Origin: an uncultured Patescibacteria group bacterium
Lineage (GTDB): Bacteria > Patescibacteriota > Minisyncoccia > Phycocordibacterales > UBA918
Direction: 5' to 3'
Assembly: GCA_934699595.1 (NCBI GenBank)
Contig: CAKUWT010000001.1
Location: forward strand, 7,839 to 71,838
DNA length: 64,000 nt
Shown: positions 39,016 through 47,913 of the stretch, piece by piece
Numbering within the stretch: position 1 is the stretch's first letter
How the letters are laid out: each line of letters starts with the position of its first letter
Program-made: the position numbers and the translations under genes
Notes under the pieces: generated by a model
Seen by the model: only the letters and a program-made list of their open reading frames with translations
What the model was told of the DNA's origin: nothing
The model's database searches: none

Positions 39016-42000
39016 ATGGAAAGAGGGCCTGAGCCGCAGATAGGTAGTGGTGACAGAGAGGTTGTAAAATCTTTTGAAGATTTAGAGACTTTGAAAGAAA
39101 GGTTTACTATTGGGGGCGGTAAAGAAGATACGAAAGATGCAGACTTGTCACCATTGCAGCCGTTTGCTAACTATGATGCTGGGCAATCTAAAGTTACTTT
39201 GGGAGAAGTTAATGTTGATACTAGAAGTGGTGATGATAAAATCACTGAGGAAAAGACAGATAAGTCAGTGAGTGATGGCAATGAACATGGTGATATTGAA
39301 GTACCTAGCTATGTTCCTGAAGCTGATCTGGCGTCAGCTGAGAAGCAGAGTGTTTTAGAAAATGGATTAAAAGACGTCGAGAAAAGTGATCTCATTGCCA
39401 ACGCTGGCGACTACACCGAATTACTGTCGGCTATTGATAAGATCGGCACGGTTCCTAGCAGTCAAGGGAGTTACGCACCTAAAGAGTTGAAAGATCTGAT
39501 TAATCAAGTAGTTACTGGTAAGAAAACTCTGGACTACATCACTAGGACTTACGGCTTGAGAGATGCTGTGAATCGCCTCATTGATCAGGTTGCAGTTGAG
39601 GACACTTTTTTAAATAACGACAAATATGAAGCCTATGCTGACAAACGCACTGAGCTACTAGAAAATGGTAAAAGTTTCCGAGCTTTAGAAAAAGATTATC
39701 AGACTGAGGTTGATAATTTCTATAATCAGAGCGGCTTGGCAGGAAATTTTAATAAAGTAAAAAGCTTTTTAGGCTTCCGTCCACAGTTACCAAAAGCGGT
39801 GCAGCAAAAACGTGATGAATATGTGAAAGCTAAAGCCGCCTATGCTCGACTTTTAAATGATTCTTTGCAATTACGTAGTGAGGTGGAGAGGGTTAAGGTA
39901 CTTTCCGACATAAAAACTGGAGAGGGTTTGAATATTGAACGATTCGAGAACAGATCGTACAACCAAGAGGATACTGCCACCAAAGCTGCCTTTTTACAGA
40001 AGTTTGTTCTTAAGCCAAATCAAGAGTTACTTGCTAAACAGGAGGTGTATTTATTGAATGAAGATCAACGAGCTGTTCGTGACCGATTATTACAAAAGTT
40101 TATGAGTAGTAAGTATAAAACTCCGGTGCTAATCGGCGGTGGGGCACTGCTGGTGGCTTCAGGCGGACTGTCTACCTTGGCGGCAATGGGAGCTGGTTTT
40201 GGTGTGCGTAGGCTCACTAGGGGTGGAGTGGAGAAAGCTGAAGCTGATCGTGACAAGCTAAAACAAAGTTTTTCTTTAGATAAACTGGAAGAACAGGAGA
40301 GTAATTTATTATCCGCCGAAGAGACTTTACGTGTCAAGAAAAGAAACCGCAAATATCTCAGTGCGGCGGCTGCTGCGGCTGCTGGCGGCTTAGTCAATAC
40401 ATACGGCGACGGACTTGCCAATAGTCTGAGTCCAATTAGTCGTGCTGAGGCCTCGATCGATCCAGAAGTAATTTATGGTAATGAGTCACTGGACATTCCC
40501 TCATACATTGATCTCACATCGACTGATGTAACCACCCCAGATGACTCGGTTATACCAGGGTTTAATATGACTGATCCGGTAGTTGATGAAGGTCTACCTG
40601 AGTCAGATTTTGAATCAGATTCTACCCTAGAGGTGCCTGGGGAAATCCAGAATGAGGCACTGCAAGAAACTGACCCTACTACTGCAGACATCACGACAGA
40701 TAACACCTTTGTCAGAGAGCGACTGACTTATAGTGACCGCCAGCCAGATTTATCATCGGTTAACAATCTTGGAGCCCCGAGAGAGGTGGATCGGGCACTG
40801 TCTTTTGGTGAAGTAAGATCGCCAGATTCTTTTGAGACAGTATATCAGACTGGACAAGAAATTACTCCGGATATAGAGGTGGTCCCTCACGAATATGTTG
40901 TTACTCGCGGTGACCGTTTGTGGAAAATAGTCGAGCGCGAATTCCCTGACTACTTAAGAGATTTGAATGTTAGTCAACGTAATGCGGCACTTGATGCCTT
41001 GTTTAAAACTATTCAGAATGATCCAGAAACATTGCAAATAATTGGTTTGCAGAGTGGTAACGTGGATCTTATTTATCCTGGTGAGAGTTTAGATCTCAGT
41101 CCTCTTGGAGAAAAACTGCGAAGTGTAGTGCAGGAACGGTTTGGGGTTAGTGTTGATTCTATCGATACCAATCCTGATACCTACCTTGAAACATCTCAAG
41201 TCTCATCTGTCTCTAGTAATCCCACACCTGAACTAGATAAGTTGACTGAGGCACCCTCTCCAGAAAATGCTACTGAGTCAGAAGTTGTAAAAGCTGTGAT
41301 TCCTAATAAACCAACCGATGTAGATTTATCCAGCGCATCAAAAGGGGGAGCTGTTACTCCAACTTCAGAAGATGAGTTTGTGACCCCAGTAACGGAAAAG
41401 ACACCTGGGGCAGATATCCCTGACGGTACCCCACTTGCTCCTGGTGTTGGTGAAAATATTTCTGATAGCATATCACCCGTATCGGATACGAGTGTAGAAA
41501 TTGATATTAACGAGTTAACAAGAAGTTTGCATACTCCCGTACACTATAATCCAGAGGTGCTACCGAACTTATCTGAAGTCAGAATACCTAGTCATGAGGA
41601 ATTGATAGTCACCTTTGGTAGTGAAGAGGCGTATAGTGCGAGAGTTAGGGAAATTATTGCTCAGATTGAAGATGTGCATGAGAGAGGATTTTTTGCTCGC
41701 TTGTTGGGTTCTGGTGATAATTCTTATGACCTGATTGCTGGAACTCCTGTTGAGGAGGTTGTAAATTTGGCCGAGCAGGGTGACCAGGCTATAGAAGATG
41801 CTTTAGCTGATACCGACATTAAGCCCAATGCTCTCCGGGCTTGGGCCAAGTTCGTTCAAGGCTTTTCTGGAAGTCACTTAGCTGGTTTGAAACTGGAAGA
41901 TTTGGTGGCAATTTATGCAGTGAGAACTGAGTTGGGAAAATCATTGGATACCGAAAATTTCACTCTATTAAAAGCTGAAAATCTGCCCACCACTGCGCAG

Positions 42001-42336
42001 TTGGAAGAAGTGTTTGGTAACTTAAATAATCTGCAACAGATTATCAATAGTTATACTTCTCAAGTAGAAGGTTTTAGTCAAGAAGAATTGTCACAACGGC
42101 TGGCAGATAACCGCACAGTCTTTCAACAAATCAGTGAGCGATCAATTGATGATTTGTTGGCCTTGCACGGTCAACCTGATGAGGTTCTCAAGTCAGTAAT
42201 CCCGAGTACTCCAGAAAATACCGCTGCTCTCCGCGCTTGGTTGAAAGTGATTGAGGATATGAAAGTAAGAGGAGAAGTTTCACTGTGGGATACTTTGGTC
42301 AGCTCTTCTTATCACATTAAGTTACAAGAAAAATAA
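39016..42336 (+). CDS. large acidic, low-complexity protein with central TM segment and LysM-like motif
   Basis: 1106 aa, D/E/S/T/P-rich; TM about residues 370-395; YVVTRGDRLWKIV LysM-like stretch. Confidence 0.55.
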   Translation: MERGPEPQIGSGDREVVKSFEDLETLKERFTIGGGKEDTKDADLSPLQPFANYDAGQSKVTLGEVNVDTRSGDDKITEEKTDKSVSDGNEHGDIEVPSYVPEADLASAEKQSVLENGLKDVEKSDLIANAGDYTELLSAIDKIGTVPSSQGSYAPKELKDLINQVVTGKKTLDYITRTYGLRDAVNRLIDQVAVEDTFLNNDKYEAYADKRTELLENGKSFRALEKDYQTEVDNFYNQSGLAGNFNKVKSFLGFRPQLPKAVQQKRDEYVKAKAAYARLLNDSLQLRSEVERVKVLSDIKTGEGLNIERFENRSYNQEDTATKAAFLQKFVLKPNQELLAKQEVYLLNEDQRAVRDRLLQKFMSSKYKTPVLIGGGALLVASGGLSTLAAMGAGFGVRRLTRGGVEKAEADRDKLKQSFSLDKLEEQESNLLSAEETLRVKKRNRKYLSAAAAAAAGGLVNTYGDGLANSLSPISRAEASIDPEVIYGNESLDIPSYIDLTSTDVTTPDDSVIPGFNMTDPVVDEGLPESDFESDSTLEVPGEIQNEALQETDPTTADITTDNTFVRERLTYSDRQPDLSSVNNLGAPREVDRALSFGEVRSPDSFETVYQTGQEITPDIEVVPHEYVVTRGDRLWKIVEREFPDYLRDLNVSQRNAALDALFKTIQNDPETLQIIGLQSGNVDLIYPGESLDLSPLGEKLRSVVQERFGVSVDSIDTNPDTYLETSQVSSVSSNPTPELDKLTEAPSPENATESEVVKAVIPNKPTDVDLSSASKGGAVTPTSEDEFVTPVTEKTPGADIPDGTPLAPGVGENISDSISPVSDTSVEIDINELTRSLHTPVHYNPEVLPNLSEVRIPSHEELIVTFGSEEAYSARVREIIAQIEDVHERGFFARLLGSGDNSYDLIAGTPVEEVVNLAEQGDQAIEDALADTDIKPNALRAWAKFVQGFSGSHLAGLKLEDLVAIYAVRTELGKSLDTENFTLLKAENLPTTAQLEEVFGNLNNLQQIINSYTSQVEGFSQEELSQRLADNRTVFQQISERSIDDLLALHGQPDEVLKSVIPSTPENTAALRAWLKVIEDMKVRGEVSLWDTLVSSSYHIKLQEK

Positions 42337-42355
42337 CTCTCCCATTTAAACTATC

Positions 42356-42652
42356 ATGAACTCATCAGACCAGCCACAATTTAAAATCACCAACCTCAAC
42401 GATGAAGCTAGTTTGGCCTTGTCTGAGGAGACCGGGCGACTCATCCTGCAGAGTGCTTTGATGAAATATATCGCGACGCTGTCTGATCAAGAAGTAACTG
42501 CATTTGAAGAATTCTTGGAAAAAAATTTAGACACGGAGGACTTTCTGTCCTTAGTACAAACTACTCATCCTGACTTCTATCAATTTTTGGAGGAGGAAAC
42601 CGCCGCTTTGCAGCAGGAAATTAGTACCTTCACGGGTAGCATTTTTAAGTAA
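42356..42652 (+). CDS. hypothetical small acidic protein
   Basis: ORF in a tight operon with neighbours. Confidence 0.35.
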   Translation: MNSSDQPQFKITNLNDEASLALSEETGRLILQSALMKYIATLSDQEVTAFEEFLEKNLDTEDFLSLVQTTHPDFYQFLEEETAALQQEISTFTGSIFK

Positions 42653-42657
42653 AAAAT

Positions 42658-43128
42658 ATGGTCGAGTTACAGTACCCACGTATTTGGCAGAAAGTTTTAG
42701 CTCCTGACGAGAAAGTTATTCACGAGTTCTCTATTGGCGACCAATTTCGTTTGTTTAGTTTTATTTTGATCCTGATTCCTGTAATGCTCTTCATGTTTTG
42801 GATGCCATGGGTCGGACTGGTGTTACTTTTAGTCGCAGCATTTATTTGTGGCTTTTACCTTAAAGTCGCTAATGCTTTTGCTCTGACCGATCAGAGAATT
42901 ATCATTCATACCGGCTGGTTAAATACCCAGACCGTGAGTGTTGATTATAGTAAAATTACAGACATTACTGTTAAGGATAATATTTTTGAACGCCTGCTGG
43001 CGGGGACAGGTAACTTGGCTATCAACACGGCTGGTGGACCAGAAAAAGAAATACTACTTCTGCATATTGATTCACCTTATGAGGTGCGAAAACAGCTAGT
43101 GGCTTTGAGAGCGGGAAGTGGGGATTGA
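42658..43128 (+). CDS. membrane-flanked bacterial PH-domain (bPH_2/DUF304-like) protein
   Basis: two N-terminal TM helices followed by a PH-like domain (TDITVKDNIFERLLAGTGNL). Confidence 0.45.
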   Translation: MVELQYPRIWQKVLAPDEKVIHEFSIGDQFRLFSFILILIPVMLFMFWMPWVGLVLLLVAAFICGFYLKVANAFALTDQRIIIHTGWLNTQTVSVDYSKITDITVKDNIFERLLAGTGNLAINTAGGPEKEILLLHIDSPYEVRKQLVALRAGSGD

Positions 43129-43373
43129 TTATACTATATCTGCCAACACCACTACCCTGGTGAAGAAAATCAAAGCTTTTTAAATGTAGCGCGTGTCTGG
43201 CGTTTTTGAATAGTTGGTCTCCTCCCACATCGCTCGTAAACAAAATGAGACCCCTTTGATGTTATCGCTAGGGTCTCGTGTCGGTAGGTGTGTATGGACT
43301 GATGCCAACGGCGACTTTGCCCCATGCATTCTTGATGGCTTTAAACAGGGTTTGGTAATACCTGAATTCTGTT

Positions 43374-43440
43374 TTATAAAAAAAGCCGCCACTTCGTTGT
43401 GAGACGAAGCTTTGGCTTTTCGTCCCACCGAAGTGGCGGT
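43374..43440 (-). terminator. strong rho-independent terminator for gene 43443..43883 (long imperfect hairpin plus 9-nt T run on the minus strand)
   Basis: GCCGCCACTTCG...CGAAGTGGCGG hairpin with ATAAAAAAA on the + strand. Confidence 0.75.
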
Positions 43441-43442
43441 TA

Positions 43443-43883
43443 TTACTGGAAGCCCAAAGCGACGTGTTTGCACATTTCTTTGAGGTCGTAGAAAGGTTGG
43501 ACACCGGCGATGTCGGCAATCCAGTGATGTTCTGACTTTACTTTCCAGGCGTCAGGAGGATAACCCCAAACGAGGCGACTCTTGAAACGCTCTGGATCAG
43601 AGTAAGCCATACCACCGAGGAAGCCGAGTTCCGTATTCGTGACCCTACCAGGTAGCTGTGTCGGATGGCGAGGAATCCAGCCGACAGCTTTCTTGACAGC
43701 AAGCAATCGCTCCCGTTCCCAGCTGACAATAGTAGTAGGGAAGGCAGATCTGAATCCCCAGTCGTTGTTACGGGGTTCTGGGACTACGATCAGGCCATTG
43801 AAACCCCACTTGCGTAGAAAGTGAACTCCGTACGGTCGCCACTTGAACTCCAGGATATCTTCCCGAGACGACGGACCGAACAA
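43443..43883 (-). CDS. hypothetical protein (TTG start; in-frame upstream extension interrupted by TGA)
   Basis: ORF with its own strong terminator; Trp/Gly-rich, no recognised domain. Confidence 0.4.
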   Translation of the reverse strand: MFGPSSREDILEFKWRPYGVHFLRKWGFNGLIVVPEPRNNDWGFRSAFPTTIVSWERERLLAVKKAVGWIPRHPTQLPGRVTNTELGFLGGMAYSDPERFKSRLVWGYPPDAWKVKSEHHWIADIAGVQPFYDLKEMCKHVALGFQ

Positions 43884-44058
43884 AAATATTGACGGTACGT
43901 CGTCAGGAATAGGTTCAAGGTTTTGGTAGTGATAGACCAGGCAATCGTCTCACATTGCGCAGGTGAGATCTGGCATCTCCTGGGTCCTAACTCTGTTTGC
44001 CATTTTGGCCCCCTAATGTTCAGTTCCGTCTAGAAAGTACAGTATTATTTTCACAGTG

Positions 44059-44071
44059 TCAAGAGGTTGCT
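44059..44071. repeat. 13-nt direct repeat of the tRNA-Asn 3' end (GCTCCGCGGGCAG); left island boundary (attL-like)
   Basis: exact match to 51311-51323, followed by degenerate tRNA-like sequence (ATTCGA.CTGC). Confidence 0.7.
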
Positions 44072-44243
44072 CCGCGGGCAGATATTTACCCAGATTCGAC
44101 TGCCATCTAAAGATCCTGAAGGCCGTCATAATCAAAAGTCTCAATTATTAGAAACAGAGATATAAAGGAATGCTTGAGCTATGTTAGATTTTCAATACTG
44201 ATTTGTCTTGTAAAGCATTGTCAAGTATAATAACATTAAGCCT

Positions 44244-44426
44244 ATGAAAAACGAGGAGGAATTCTACACCGCCGAGGAGTTGGCTCAAAAACTCAAGGTC
44301 AATATTATGACTATCTACCGCTATATTAAAGCTGGCAAGATAAAGGCGTATAAATTTGGTAAAGAGTACAGGGTTGAGCTGAAGGATTTCGACGCATTTC
44401 TCAAAAAGCACCAATCAAACAAGTAA
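44244..44426 (+). CDS. excisionase-family helix-turn-helix DNA-binding protein (60 aa), possible controller/Xis
   Basis: YTAEELAQKLKVNIMTIYRYIKAGKIKAYKFGKEYRV matches the excisionase/MerR-type HTH; stop 1 nt before the next gene. Confidence 0.7.
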   Translation: MKNEEEFYTAEELAQKLKVNIMTIYRYIKAGKIKAYKFGKEYRVELKDFDAFLKKHQSNK

Positions 44427-44427
44427 T

Positions 44428-47400
44428 ATGAAATTATCAAAAATAATAGATAACAATAGGAAAACCTTACTCGACACTTTTGTCGATGTAAGTGAAAAGC
44501 ATAAAGAACTCTCTATAGCTACTGGCTACTGGGATCTCGAAGGAATGAGAATGCTTCTTCCTCAATTAAGAAACTACGAAAAAATAAGACTCCTAATTGG
44601 TCGAGAACCTCTAATTCCTCGACACCAACTTGAGCAACCTGAACCAGATTATCCTGATCAAGACTTTAAATTTGATTTAACTCATATCAAACCAGAATCT
44701 GAACTCAAGGATCTTGTAACAGAGATCAAACAATGGATTGAATCTGGCAAACTAGAGGTCCGTGTTTACCGCAAAAACTTCTTGCACGCCAAATGTTTTA
44801 TCTTCGGATCATATGATTCTGATGAAGCTATTGGAATTATTGGATCTTCAAACCTTACAAAGAATGGTCTGACTCATAATACCGAACTCAATGCTTTAGA
44901 ATCAGATCATCGTGTAGTTGTTTTTGAGCCTAAGAATAAAGAACAAGAAGTTGGCCACTTGTACTGGTTCGATAGTTTTTGGAATGACGAAGGAACTGAG
45001 AAGTGGGACGAGCAATTTGGATCAATTCTTGAATCATCACCTGTTGGCGATAAGCTTTTCAGTCCATATGAGACGTACATAAAAACTCTTTACGAGTTAT
45101 ACAAAGAAGAGATCATTGATGATGAGCTAGTGGTTAATGAAAGCGATAACGGCAGAACTCTTTTTGATTTCCAACACAAGAATACTCAAGCCCTACTACG
45201 AAGACTGAGAAAGTATAAAGTAGCGATGCTTTCGGACTCTGTTGGTCTTGGCAAAACTCTGACTGCTATCAATGTGATCAAGCAGTATTTAGAAGACGAA
45301 GAAGGTAAAAAACGAGTTGAGATTATCTGTCCTAAATCTTTGGTCCAACAATGGGAAAAGGAAATGGCTACTGAGGGTATTTATAATCACACTCCTATCA
45401 CTCTTCAGAACCCTAACGAAATTGAGAAAAAGCGAGAGCTTGATGCAATTGCAAGTGTTACTTTGTTTGTGATCGATGAATCTCACAACCTTCGACAAAC
45501 CAATGGAAAGCGTTTCAAGCAAGTACTTGACTGGGTACGAGAAAATCCAAAAGCTCACGTCCTATTACTTACCGCTACTCCGATCAATAATCAGTTAAGT
45601 GATCTCACTAACCAGATTCTACTTGGAACTGGTGGTGATGCTGACGGTCTAAGATTGACTGTTGCTGATGAGAATAATCAGACTGAACAAAGAAACTTTT
45701 ATCAGATCGTTGAAAACCTCAGAAAGAAGATTAATCAGGACCTTAAGCGAGATGGAAAAATAGACTATAACCACATTAAACAAGTGATGACTCCGATCAT
45801 CAGAACATTTGTGGTCCGACGTACTCGACAAGGAATTGAACAAGAATATGGGTATTTGATGATCAATGGAGAAAAGAAAGTTTTTCCTATAGTAGTGCCT
45901 GAGGTTCTGGAATACGTACTTGATAACAAGCTTGTTAAGGAGCTTCGATCAGTTACCTCTGAATCGATTCCGCTTGATGAAATATACGAGCTTGATCCTG
46001 AGCAAGTAGTTGAGAAATGTAAGGATCTTAAGCACCCACTAGATCAAATTTCTAATGTATCTAAGAAGTTAGATAAAGAAAAATTGGATGGCGAAAATCC
46101 AATGTATTTCGTATTTCAACTTATATTAATGCTTGGGTTCATTCCATACCGATGGATGATGTATAAGGCTGATTATTATGGGAAGACACGAGATGAAATC
46201 AAAGAATTAAAAATTAGTTCAGATAAAAGCAAGAAGCTACTGCTCCAGCTTGGTATTTTTGGAATCCTGCGGACTGTATTCCTAAAGCGTATGGAATCTT
46301 CAGTAAGTGCCTTAGCTTCTTCTCTTGAAACGTATTCACGCAAATTAGATCTCTTTGAACAAGGAATTAATGAAGGGAGGATTGTATCAATGGATGATCT
46401 TGATGCTCTTGAATCAAGTCTTGGAGATGAAGATGTTGAAGTTGATGAAAAAGCTCTTGAAGAACATACCCTTGATGAGGTTGATGATAAAAGATACGAG
46501 CTAGAGTCACTTAAGAAAGATATTCAACGAGAAAAGCAATTAGTGTCTTTAATTACCGCTCAACTTGAAATTCTAAATAAAGACGACTCCAAGATTAAGT
46601 GTTTTGCGGATCAGCTCAATACTTTGCAAAAGCGGGATCCAAATCAAAAGGTACTTGTGTTCTCGTACTTTGCAGATACCATTAAATATCTCGAAGAGAA
46701 TATTGGTAAATATTGTGATTTTCTTACCGAAGAAAACACTGGTTTTGTTTCCTCAAAAAACAAAGGAGACTCTGAAAATATGGCTTCTCGTTTCTCTCCT
46801 AAATCTAAAAAATATCAACTCAAAGATGGAGAAACTGAACTTCAGTATCTATTTTCAACTGATGTATTGTCTGAGGGCCAAAACCTTCAAGATTCAGGTG
46901 TTCTAGTCAATTACGATCTGCACTGGAATCCTGTGCGTATGATTCAAAGAAATGGTCGTGTAAACCGTCTTGGATCTGAATTTGAAGAGGTATATATCTA
47001 CAATATGAAGCCAGAGCAAAAGCTCGATACCTATCTTGAATTGGTAAAAAGACTTGAAGGAAAGATCAATTTGATCAGAAATACTGTCGGTACTGATACA
47101 CCAGTGCTTGATGAACCAGAAAACCCTATTGAGTACACTGACTCAGTAACAGATATTTATAGCTCTGATGTTGAAACCAGATTGAAGGCTCTACAAGACG
47201 CTGAAAAAGCTTCAGACTTCTTGCTTTCAGAAGATGAGTTTGTGGTTGATTTGAAAAAGTTTAACTCAAACGAAAGCTATCCAAAGGAATATAAAGAGAA
47301 GATCTATCAGATGTCAGATGGTAAATGGGCTGTATGTCCAAAACAAGAAGCTAGAGGCCAAGAACGGCCTGAGGTCTTCGGTCTCGCACGACTCTATTCA

Positions 47401-47913
47401 GAAGCAGAATCAGATCCTATTGGTTATCAGTTCGCAAAAATAGATCGCACGGGTGCACAAATTCAAGCAGTCTCTCAACTGCAAGCTCTTGAGTGGCTGA
47501 GAACTACACCAGAGGATAATGATCGAGTAATGGATAAAATCACTGCTGATAAAGTGGCTGTAAAAGATCAATTGGAATCTAAAGTCATTCAATACTTTGG
47601 GCAAGAAGAAACTGGATCACTCATTGGGCAAGAAAATAATATCCTTAGACTGCTTTACGAAAATGGCTACGCTCAAGAAGAGATTGATTTGGTCCGAGAC
47701 GTCTTTAAGACGACAAACATATTCTACAAACGTGAAGTAGATAAGTTGAAGCGGAATGTAATGCGACAGAAAAATAAAGGTGAAATGTATCAGGATGATC
47801 TGCGAGAGCTTGTAAAACTAGCTAAGGAAATTGATAAGAATACGAACGATGAAGAATCATTAACACCTGAGAAAGTTGAAAGTGTATTGTTTTATGTAAA
47901 TCGAAATGAGTAA
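44428..47913 (+). CDS. PLD-family (HKD) nuclease domain fused to SNF2-family helicase (putative restriction/defense subunit)
   Basis: HKD motif HAKCFIFGS...IGSSNLT near the N-terminus; SNF2 motifs SDSVGLGKT (I), VIDESHNLR (II), QRNGRVNRLGS (VI). Confidence 0.85.
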   Translation: MKLSKIIDNNRKTLLDTFVDVSEKHKELSIATGYWDLEGMRMLLPQLRNYEKIRLLIGREPLIPRHQLEQPEPDYPDQDFKFDLTHIKPESELKDLVTEIKQWIESGKLEVRVYRKNFLHAKCFIFGSYDSDEAIGIIGSSNLTKNGLTHNTELNALESDHRVVVFEPKNKEQEVGHLYWFDSFWNDEGTEKWDEQFGSILESSPVGDKLFSPYETYIKTLYELYKEEIIDDELVVNESDNGRTLFDFQHKNTQALLRRLRKYKVAMLSDSVGLGKTLTAINVIKQYLEDEEGKKRVEIICPKSLVQQWEKEMATEGIYNHTPITLQNPNEIEKKRELDAIASVTLFVIDESHNLRQTNGKRFKQVLDWVRENPKAHVLLLTATPINNQLSDLTNQILLGTGGDADGLRLTVADENNQTEQRNFYQIVENLRKKINQDLKRDGKIDYNHIKQVMTPIIRTFVVRRTRQGIEQEYGYLMINGEKKVFPIVVPEVLEYVLDNKLVKELRSVTSESIPLDEIYELDPEQVVEKCKDLKHPLDQISNVSKKLDKEKLDGENPMYFVFQLILMLGFIPYRWMMYKADYYGKTRDEIKELKISSDKSKKLLLQLGIFGILRTVFLKRMESSVSALASSLETYSRKLDLFEQGINEGRIVSMDDLDALESSLGDEDVEVDEKALEEHTLDEVDDKRYELESLKKDIQREKQLVSLITAQLEILNKDDSKIKCFADQLNTLQKRDPNQKVLVFSYFADTIKYLEENIGKYCDFLTEENTGFVSSKNKGDSENMASRFSPKSKKYQLKDGETELQYLFSTDVLSEGQNLQDSGVLVNYDLHWNPVRMIQRNGRVNRLGSEFEEVYIYNMKPEQKLDTYLELVKRLEGKINLIRNTVGTDTPVLDEPENPIEYTDSVTDIYSSDVETRLKALQDAEKASDFLLSEDEFVVDLKKFNSNESYPKEYKEKIYQMSDGKWAVCPKQEARGQERPEVFGLARLYSEAESDPIGYQFAKIDRTGAQIQAVSQLQALEWLRTTPEDNDRVMDKITADKVAVKDQLESKVIQYFGQEETGSLIGQENNILRLLYENGYAQEEIDLVRDVFKTTNIFYKREVDKLKRNVMRQKNKGEMYQDDLRELVKLAKEIDKNTNDEESLTPEKVESVLFYVNRNE

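Noticed and set aside
39016-42336. Possible tandem DNA repeats or a CRISPR-like array inside the large low-complexity gene
   Set aside because: Repetition is at the amino-acid-composition level (S/T/P/D/E-rich). No regular direct repeats with spacers are visible. No CRISPR array was seen anywhere in the window.
44184-44414. 76-aa minus-strand ORF antisense to the excisionase-family HTH gene
   Set aside because: The + strand product has a clear HTH signature and is translationally coupled to the downstream operon; the antisense ORF has no features.
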